Virus record (IMG/VR): IMGVR_UViG_2541047683_000004
Span: 1 to 42,486 of that record
Source: a virus
Lineage: Duplodnaviria; Heunggongvirae; Uroviricota; Caudoviricetes
DNA length: 42,486 nucleotides
Strand: one strand, 5' to 3'
The position numbers and the translations under genes were made by a program. A model generated the notes under the pieces. It saw only the letters and a list, made by a program, of their open reading frames with translations. It was not told where the DNA came from and made no database searches. Of this stretch, positions 36,273 to 42,486 are shown in pieces (position 1 is the first letter of the stretch; each line of letters starts with the position of its first letter).

Positions 36273-36857
36273 ATGAAAAGTATCCAGGACGTCCGCAGGC
36301 AAAATCTCAACGACTTGATCGACCGTGAATTCAATGGTGTTCAGACGCGGATGGCAGAAAAACTTGGAACTCAGGCAAATCTGGTAAACCGCTGGGCTCT
36401 TGGCAAGAAGGTTATCGGCGACCAGGTTGCGCGAAAAATTGAAGCTGCCGCCAATAAACCCCGTAACTGGCTTGATATCGATCGCTCGCTTTCTCAGGAA
36501 GGTTTTCAGCCTGTCGGCCCAAGCGACATTGGTCAGCTGGCAGCTCACAACCTGGAACGCTGGATGAGCGAAAGCCGCGACCTTTCAACACAGGGAAAAC
36601 TTCACCGCGCATCCGGCGTAGCCCAGGTGACAATCAGCCGCCTGTTAAACAATGAGGTCAGCGTTTCCATTTCCACCCTGGAGAATGTTGCATCCGCATT
36701 CGGGCGTCACGGCTATGAATTACTGATTCACCCGCACGACCCTGCGACCATCAACTATGATCGCTCGCGCTACGCATTGTTACCCGAAACCGAGAAAGCA
36801 AAGATCGAAAGTTACATTGAATTTGTCATCAACCAGAACGAAAAAAACAAACAATAA
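36273..36857 (+). CDS. Phage repressor candidate with two tandem XRE-type HTH domains
   Basis: Two helix-turn-helix-like segments (residues about 20-45 and 105-130); monocistronic between operator clusters; terminator downstream. Confidence 0.6.
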   Translation: MKSIQDVRRQNLNDLIDREFNGVQTRMAEKLGTQANLVNRWALGKKVIGDQVARKIEAAANKPRNWLDIDRSLSQEGFQPVGPSDIGQLAAHNLERWMSESRDLSTQGKLHRASGVAQVTISRLLNNEVSVSISTLENVASAFGRHGYELLIHPHDPATINYDRSRYALLPETEKAKIESYIEFVINQNEKNKQ

Positions 36858-36878
36858 AACCATATTTTTCAGTAAGTA

Positions 36879-36902
36879 AGCCGCCTTATGGCGGCTTTTT
36901 TA
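36879..36902 (+). terminator. Intrinsic terminator after repressor gene
   Basis: agccgcc-ttat-ggcggct followed by T6. Confidence 0.65.
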
Positions 36903-36913
36903 TTGCCTATTCG

Positions 36914-36930
36914 ATTACCTAACGGGTAAT
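36914..36930. promoter_or_regulatory. Operator-like palindrome (copy 11)
   Basis: attacctaacgggtaat upstream of -35. Confidence 0.6.
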
Positions 36931-36948
36931 TTTTTTAACTCATATCTA

Positions 36949-36977
36949 TTGACATCAAACCATATACGCATAATTAT
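36949..36977 (+). promoter_or_regulatory. Early promoter TTGACA-N16-TAATTA
   Basis: Consensus -35 with near-consensus -10, flanked by two operator palindromes. Confidence 0.55.
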
Positions 36978-36992
36978 TACCTAAACGGTAAC
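36976..36992. promoter_or_regulatory. Operator-like palindrome (copy 12) overlapping -10/+1
   Basis: attacctaaacggtaac. Confidence 0.6.
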
Positions 36993-37010
36993 AGAACGAG
37001 GTAACAAGTT

Positions 37011-37163
37011 ATGCAGTGGAAAATCATCAACGGTTGGTACTGCGTTACTGCATGCGGATTCATGAGCTGGAAGTTCCGCACCTTACAGGAAGGCATTAAG
37101 TGGGCTTTCGTCAGCAAAGAAGCTCGCGATGTGGCCAACGATAACGAGATATGGGAGGGCTGA
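37011..37163 (+). CDS. Small early protein (50 aa)
   Basis: GAGG RBS; first ORF of early operon; under 60 aa so absent from ORF track. Confidence 0.4.
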   Translation: MQWKIINGWYCVTACGFMSWKFRTLQEGIKWAFVSKEARDVANDNEIWEG

Positions 37164-37165
37164 TA

Positions 37166-37465
37166 ATGAACGTTAATCAGCAGAAAAATCTTCAAAAAAT
37201 CATGCTGGCATTCGACAAGGACTACCGTCTGTCAGAACAGCTATATGACCGACAAGTTGAACTGATTGAGAGTATCCGGCTTCATCAACTGGCATCAACT
37301 TTCGACGTTGTAACAGTTAAAGGCGTTCGCCAGGAAGTACTGGAGGCCGCTAAAGACAGCCCTGAGTTCGAAGAACTAATGGATGCCTACCGGCGCGAGG
37401 CAATGGCAATTATCGCCCGCTGGGATCTGGCTGATCAGCTTGATGGGCAGAGGGACGCGGCATGA
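37166..37465 (+). CDS. Hypothetical early protein (99 aa)
   Basis: GGGAGGG RBS; stop overlaps nuclease start. Confidence 0.5.
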   Translation: MNVNQQKNLQKIMLAFDKDYRLSEQLYDRQVELIESIRLHQLASTFDVVTVKGVRQEVLEAAKDSPEFEELMDAYRREAMAIIARWDLADQLDGQRDAA

Positions 37466-38283
37466 AACCGGGAATTTATTTCGACATCAGCAACGAAGAC
37501 TACCACGCCGGTGACGGCGTGAGTAAGTCGCAACTGGACATGGTTGCCAAGAATCCGGCGCTTCTTAAATGGGTTCAGGCAGCACCAGAAGACGAAGAGA
37601 AAAAGTCTGCACTGGATATGGGAACCGCATTGCACTGTCTGCTTCTGGAGCCTGGAGAGTTCGACAAACGCTTCATTGTTTCACCGAAATTCGATCGTCG
37701 GACGAAACAAGGTAAAGCTGACGAAGAGGAATTTCTTCGTGATGTGGCGGATATGGGGATTACGGTACTTGATGCCGAGCAGTGGCGGAAACTGGAGCTG
37801 ATGCGTGATAGCGCAATGGCTCACCCGGCGGCACGCTGGATGCTGGAAGCACCTGGTTACTGCGAAGCATCAATGTACTGGAACGATGAAGAGACGGGGG
37901 AGTTGTGCCGAATTCGTCCAGACAAATGGCTGAACGAGCACAACGTGATCGTCGACGTGAAAAAGGTTGCAGATATGGACCGTTTTGCACGCCACATCGA
38001 GGAATTCCGCTACCACGTGCAGGACGCAATGTACCGCGAAGGCGCAATGAGGGTTACTGGTCAGCCGCATGGTTTTTTCTTTCTTGCCGTGAGCGAACGC
38101 ATTGATTGTGGTCGGTATCCGGTACGCGTGTTCGAGCTGGATGCGCAGGATGTCGATGCCGGGCACGCTCTGTTCCGCCGGGATCTGAATACCTATCACG
38201 AATGCCGCATCAATGATGAATGGGGCGGTGTGGAAATCATTAAACGCCCTGAGTGGGCACGCAAACAGGATATGTACATATGA
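37462..38283 (+). CDS. RecE-like PD-(D/E)XK exonuclease
   Basis: 273 aa; motif RIRPDKW ... VIVDVKK; translationally coupled (ATGA) to annealase gene. Confidence 0.6.
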   Translation: MKPGIYFDISNEDYHAGDGVSKSQLDMVAKNPALLKWVQAAPEDEEKKSALDMGTALHCLLLEPGEFDKRFIVSPKFDRRTKQGKADEEEFLRDVADMGITVLDAEQWRKLELMRDSAMAHPAARWMLEAPGYCEASMYWNDEETGELCRIRPDKWLNEHNVIVDVKKVADMDRFARHIEEFRYHVQDAMYREGAMRVTGQPHGFFFLAVSERIDCGRYPVRVFELDAQDVDAGHALFRRDLNTYHECRINDEWGGVEIIKRPEWARKQDMYI

Positions 38284-39221
38284 GCAACGACATCGCAAAC
38301 ATCAACGCACCAGTAGACACAGCAATCGCTGGAACTGCTGCAACTATTTTCAGCCCAGACGGCTTGAACCAACTGATGAAATTCGCCGAGGTAATGGCGC
38401 AAAGCCGCGTAACGGTACCGGCGCACCTCGCCGGGAAACCAGCTGATTGCATGGCCGTGGCAATGCAGGCTGCGCAGTGGGGAATGAACCCGTTTGCCGT
38501 GGCTCAGAAAACCCATGTTGTGAACGGCACGCTAGGTTATGAAGCCCAATTAGTAAACGCAGTTATCTCAACGATGTCGCCAACAAAAGATCGCATCAAC
38601 TACGAGTGGTTCGGGCCGTGGGAACGCGTGATCGGTAAGTTTGTTGAGAAAACATCCAAAAACGGCAATCCATATATCGCACCAGGCTGGACTCTAAAAG
38701 ACGAAGAAGGCTGCGGTGTTCGCGTATGGGCAACCATGAAGGGCGAGGATCAACCTCGAGTGCTTGAGTTAATGCTGTCTCAAGCACAGGTAAGAAACTC
38801 CACACTTTGGGCCAGTGATCCGAAACAACAACTCGCATACCTTGCGACAAAACGCTGGTCTCGCCTGCACTGTCCTGACGTAATCATGGGCGTCTACACC
38901 CCAGACGAATTACAGGAAACGGCACCGCGCGTTGAGCGAGACATTACTCCGCAAACGACCACTGCTGCGGGAATGAACAGTCTGATCAACGCTAAACAAG
39001 TGAAAAAGCCTGATGAGCAAACGCGTAAATCGGATAGCCGTGATCCAGAAGAAATGCTGATGGCCTTTACCAGCGCAGCGATGAATTACAGCACTGTCTC
39101 CGAACTGGATAAGGCTTACAAATACATTGCACAAAAACTTTCAGATGATGACGAACTGCTGGCAAAAGCCACCGACGTTTACAGCGTTCGTCGGGAAGAA
39201 TTAAACGAAACATCTATGTAA
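38280..39221 (+). CDS. RecT/Redbeta-family single-strand annealing protein
   Basis: Downstream partner of nuclease; C-terminal ERDITP segment as recalled in lambda Bet; overall RecT-like pattern. Confidence 0.6.
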   Translation: MSNDIANINAPVDTAIAGTAATIFSPDGLNQLMKFAEVMAQSRVTVPAHLAGKPADCMAVAMQAAQWGMNPFAVAQKTHVVNGTLGYEAQLVNAVISTMSPTKDRINYEWFGPWERVIGKFVEKTSKNGNPYIAPGWTLKDEEGCGVRVWATMKGEDQPRVLELMLSQAQVRNSTLWASDPKQQLAYLATKRWSRLHCPDVIMGVYTPDELQETAPRVERDITPQTTTAAGMNSLINAKQVKKPDEQTRKSDSRDPEEMLMAFTSAAMNYSTVSELDKAYKYIAQKLSDDDELLAKATDVYSVRREELNETSM

Positions 39222-39270
39222 CCACCACCGCGGCGCCACGCGCGCCGCACTGCAACCAAGAGAGGTATTT

Positions 39271-39519
39271 ATGAAAGGTGCATTAGGTAAGAAGGAACTC
39301 CTGGCGGTGGTTCCACTGTCATGGAGCACTATCGACCGTATGGAGCGCGCAGGGGAATTTCCTAAACGCTGGTATATCACCGATAAACGCTGCGCATGGA
39401 ACCGTGATGAAGTTGAGCGTTGGCTTGATGAACGTCAGGCAGCAAGCCCGGCAGAGTTCCAGGGTAAAAAACCTCCTGTTCAGCAACGTGTATATCGTCC
39501 CGTGAGCAACGCGGCATGA
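39271..39519 (+). CDS. AlpA-family phage regulatory protein
   Basis: Motif LSWSTIDRMERAGEFPK ... WNRDEVERWL typical of AlpA-type HTH proteins. Confidence 0.6.
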   Translation: MKGALGKKELLAVVPLSWSTIDRMERAGEFPKRWYITDKRCAWNRDEVERWLDERQAASPAEFQGKKPPVQQRVYRPVSNAA

Positions 39520-39632
39520 GTGTGCTGCTAAGGCACTGGAGCAAATGGTCAGGATGGTACTTATTCCTGGCCTCTGTTTCAGCATGGCTTTATCTGCTGG
39601 CATTAATTTTCAGAGAGGGTTGGATTAAGTGA
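39516..39632 (+). CDS. Small hydrophobic membrane peptide (38 aa)
   Basis: Start overlaps AlpA-like stop (ATGA); single TM WYLFLASVSAWLYLLALIF; stop overlaps next GTG start. Confidence 0.35.
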   Translation: MSVLLRHWSKWSGWYLFLASVSAWLYLLALIFREGWIK

Positions 39633-39928
39633 GAAAGTTAAGCCGACTTGAAAAATATCACATGAACAAGGTTTCAATGCGCAGTCCGTCAAAGATTGTC
39701 GCCGTTACTCCTGCGGCGATAGAGATCGAAAAACGCGCGATTGAAAGAGAGAAAAAAGGGCAGTTCCGCATTGCCGCTCACCTTTGGCTTCAGTGTATGG
39801 ATGTTGCTTCTGGTGATGTTGAGCGTGCAAGGATCGCGGTTCGCAGGGACCAATGTATCACAAAAGGTAACGGCCTTCGCCGTGGCGACTATAGCGGCAT
39901 AGGATGTTGTGGGGTGGTTTATGAGTAA
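39629..39928 (+). CDS. Small putative regulator (PerC/ANR-like, tentative)
   Basis: GTG start coupled to upstream peptide; basic 99-aa protein. Confidence 0.4.
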   Translation: MRKLSRLEKYHMNKVSMRSPSKIVAVTPAAIEIEKRAIEREKKGQFRIAAHLWLQCMDVASGDVERARIAVRRDQCITKGNGLRRGDYSGIGCCGVVYE

Positions 39929-40571
39929 GAAATACACACTAATCTATGCAGATCCACCCTGGGTATACCGGGACAAAGCCGCAGATGGTAATCGCGGTGC
40001 CGGTTTTAAATATCCGGTTATGAGTGTGCTGGATATCTGCCGCCTTCCTGTGTGGGATTTGGCCGATGAAAACTGTCTGTTGGCCATGTGGTGGGTGCCA
40101 ACACAACCACTCGAAGCACTAAAAGTTGTTGAGGCCTGGGGATTCCGTCTGATGACCATGAAGGGATTCACGTGGATAAAATGTGGTAGTCGACAACCAG
40201 ATAAACTGGTTATGGGTATGGGTCACATGACTCGCGCCAATAGTGAAGATTGCCTGTTTGCAGTAAAGGGAAAACTACCTACGCGCATTAATGCAGGGAT
40301 CGTTCAGTCATTTACCGCACCGCGGCTTGAGCATTCAAGAAAACCAGATATCGTTCGTGAAAAACTTGTGCAATTGTTAGGCGATGTTTCTCGCATTGAA
40401 CTGTTCGCCCGCCAGTCGTCTCATGGTTTCGATGTTTGGGGTAATCAGTGCGAAGACCCGGCAGTGCAACTACACCCTGGATACGCGTTGGATATTGCCA
40501 GATTAACAAATGCATTCAGCAATGCTCCGCTGTCACCAACAGACAACCAGGGGCGGGAGCGTGCAGCATGA
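39921..40571 (+). CDS. DNA N6-adenine methyltransferase, MT-A70-like
   Basis: DPPW motif near N-terminus ([10 protein letters not shown]), later EHSRKP-type motif; no cognate nuclease adjacent. Confidence 0.7.
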   Translation: MSKKYTLIYADPPWVYRDKAADGNRGAGFKYPVMSVLDICRLPVWDLADENCLLAMWWVPTQPLEALKVVEAWGFRLMTMKGFTWIKCGSRQPDKLVMGMGHMTRANSEDCLFAVKGKLPTRINAGIVQSFTAPRLEHSRKPDIVREKLVQLLGDVSRIELFARQSSHGFDVWGNQCEDPAVQLHPGYALDIARLTNAFSNAPLSPTDNQGRERAA

Positions 40572-41227
40572 ACCTATATCAACGCATCAATGGCGCTGAC
40601 TGGTGCAATATCTTCGTCGTCGGCGATCTGCATGGGTGCTACACGCTGCTGATGAACGAACTCGACAAAGTTTCATTCGACCCGGCGCGCGATTTGCTTA
40701 TTTCCGTTGGTGACCTTGTTGACCGCGGCGCTGAAAACGTCGAATGCCTGGATTTGATTACTATGCCGTGGTTCCGAGCTGTTCGTGGCAACCATGAGCA
40801 GATGATGCTGGATGCACTGGTCAACGGCGGAAGTTTCGGACATTGGATGTCAAACGGCGGTGGATGGTGGCACCAACTTGATTCTGAGCAGGATGTGCAA
40901 CTCAAATACCTTCTGCCAAAGGTTACCAACCTCCCGATGATTATCGAACTGGTTACCGGCAATAAGAAGGTCGTCATCTGCCACGCAGACTACCCGCACA
41001 ACGAATACGCATTCGATAAGCCAGTACCGGAAGAAATGGTGATATGGAATCGTGAGCGGGTTAGCGACGCGCAGGACGGTATTGTCTCGGAGATAACCGG
41101 TGCCGATTTGTTCATCTTCGGTCATACGCCAGCACATCACCCACTAGTGTATGCAAACCAGATGTACATCGACACCGGCGCAGTGTTCTGCGGAAATCTG
41201 ACGCTTACCAAAGTCCAGGAAGGATAG
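40568..41227 (+). CDS. Serine/threonine protein phosphatase, lambda phosphatase (metallophosphoesterase) type
   Basis: Motifs GDLHG, GDLVDRG, GNHE characteristic of PPP-family phosphatases; ATGA coupling with MTase. Confidence 0.8.
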   Translation: MNLYQRINGADWCNIFVVGDLHGCYTLLMNELDKVSFDPARDLLISVGDLVDRGAENVECLDLITMPWFRAVRGNHEQMMLDALVNGGSFGHWMSNGGGWWHQLDSEQDVQLKYLLPKVTNLPMIIELVTGNKKVVICHADYPHNEYAFDKPVPEEMVIWNRERVSDAQDGIVSEITGADLFIFGHTPAHHPLVYANQMYIDTGAVFCGNLTLTKVQEG

Positions 41228-41229
41228 AA

Positions 41230-42486
41230 TTATTTATTACTGTCTTCCATCCACTTCTCAAACTTCGACGGGGAGAACGGAATCAGATCCGTATGCTCCC
41301 CGTTAATCCAGGAATCAATCATATCGGCCCACTGCTGCAACATGTAGGCGCGCTGTCTGGCGTATTCCGCTTTGTTATATACGGCGCGCACACCTTTCTG
41401 CTCATGTGCCAGAGCCTTTTCAATCCAGTCTGAAGGATAACCAGCCTCATGCAACAACGTACTGGCTGTACGGCGCATATCATGTACAGTGAAGTCCTGA
41501 ATATACTCACCATCTTCATTTATTATTTTCACCGTTCTGTCGATCAGAGAGTTCAGTGCGGCATTAGATAATGGCTTCCGGAAATTGTAACGACCAGGAA
41601 CCAGATATTCACTTCCACCAGCACACATCTGCAACCCGACCAATATATCCTGTGCCTGTTTAGGCAGGTAAATAACGTGTGCCCGGCTTCCCTTCATGCG
41701 GTCTGAAGGAATTGTCCATGTCCATTTTTTAAAATCTATTTCATCCCACGTTGCATTGGTGAATTCGCCTTTACGAACCATAGTGATAAGCACCAGCTTT
41801 AAAGCCATTTTCATAGTGCCCATAGCACCAATGGCATCCAACGTGCGGAAGAACAGGCCAATTTCTTCTGGTGTCAGTGTTCGCTCTCGTGGTTTAAATA
41901 TGGCGATAGACGAAGGCTTAATGTCAGCCGCAGGATTAAACAAACCATGACCACGGTCATTGGCGTGACGGTATACGCTGCTGATGATCTCCCTGGCCTG
42001 CACTGCTGTTGCCCGGCCACCGCGTTCGACAATCCGGTCACACAAATCACGAACCATCGATGTGGTAATTTCAGCCATCATTTTGTTGCCAAGAACCGGA
42101 AGTATGTCACGGTCGATCACTGCCTGCTTCATTGCGCGGGTACTTTCAGCCAGGATGACGTGTTTCATATAACTGTCGGTATGTACCGCAAACGTTTCGG
42201 CACCACGAATCTTTTTGATACCGTCACGTTTAGCCGCAGCCGGTGACTGGCCTGCTTTAAGCAGCTTCTTTGCAGCAATCAGTTCTTCCCGCGCTTCTGC
42301 CAGGCTGATACCGTCACGCCCATACTGCCCGATTACCAGTGTTTCGCGGCGACCGTTGATACGGTAGTCATAACGAAATGAGACCGTGCCTGACGTAAGC
42401 ACAGCTACATACAGCCCGTCACGATCGGAGACCTTGTACAGTTTGTCCTGCGGCTTGAGGTTTTTTAATTTTGTATCGGTAAGCAC
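41230..42486 (-). CDS. Tyrosine integrase, P4-like; N-terminus cut by window edge
   Basis: N-terminal LTDTKLKNLKP...YKVSDRDGLYVAV pattern; C-terminal HDMRRTASTLLHEAG...Y catalytic region. Confidence 0.85.
   Translation of the reverse strand: MLTDTKLKNLKPQDKLYKVSDRDGLYVAVLTSGTVSFRYDYRINGRRETLVIGQYGRDGISLAEAREELIAAKKLLKAGQSPAAAKRDGIKKIRGAETFAVHTDSYMKHVILAESTRAMKQAVIDRDILPVLGNKMMAEITTSMVRDLCDRIVERGGRATAVQAREIISSVYRHANDRGHGLFNPAADIKPSSIAIFKPRERTLTPEEIGLFFRTLDAIGAMGTMKMALKLVLITMVRKGEFTNATWDEIDFKKWTWTIPSDRMKGSRAHVIYLPKQAQDILVGLQMCAGGSEYLVPGRYNFRKPLSNAALNSLIDRTVKIINEDGEYIQDFTVHDMRRTASTLLHEAGYPSDWIEKALAHEQKGVRAVYNKAEYARQRAYMLQQWADMIDSWINGEHTDLIPFSPSKFEKWMEDSNK

Larger units (their letters stand above)
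1146..42486. mobile_element. Prophage, temperate podovirus-like; left boundary approximate, right end beyond window
   Basis: Contiguous lysis, tailspike, tail, head, terminase, replication, immunity, recombination and integrase genes; host genes only at 1-1071. Confidence 0.85.

Noticed and set aside
1-42486. CRISPR array or other short regularly spaced repeats
   Set aside because: No repeat-spacer periodicity seen anywhere in the window.

Overview
Almost the whole window is one prophage (about 1.15 kb to the right edge, more than 41 kb) next to two host envelope genes (1-1071). The right edge cuts a P4-type tyrosine integrase. Plus-strand early operon (36.3-41.2 kb): double-HTH repressor, RecE-like nuclease, RecT/Redbeta-family annealase, AlpA-like regulator, MT-A70-type adenine methyltransferase, lambda-type Ser/Thr phosphatase. 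Minus strand from a divergent Cro-like gene: replication genes with internal iterons, nin-like small genes, terminase, a plus-strand tRNA-Arg(UCU) islet, a podovirus structural module in T7 gene order, an inserted accessory locus (5.8-11.4 kb), tailspike, and a lysis cassette (two holin-like proteins, GH19 endolysin, Rz/Rz1). Most notable: (1) three antirepressor-type genes sharing one C-terminal module, one behind a perfect LexA box and two behind duplicated structured leaders with compensatory covariation (c4-like riboregulator candidates); (2) at least 12 copies of the palindrome ATTACC-N5-GGTAAT at promoters across the prophage; (3) an AT-rich repressible cassette with a candidate toxin; (4) a perfect 12-bp palindrome GTGACATGTCAC present three times. 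All protein-family calls come from reading the translations and recalled family motifs; no database search was run.
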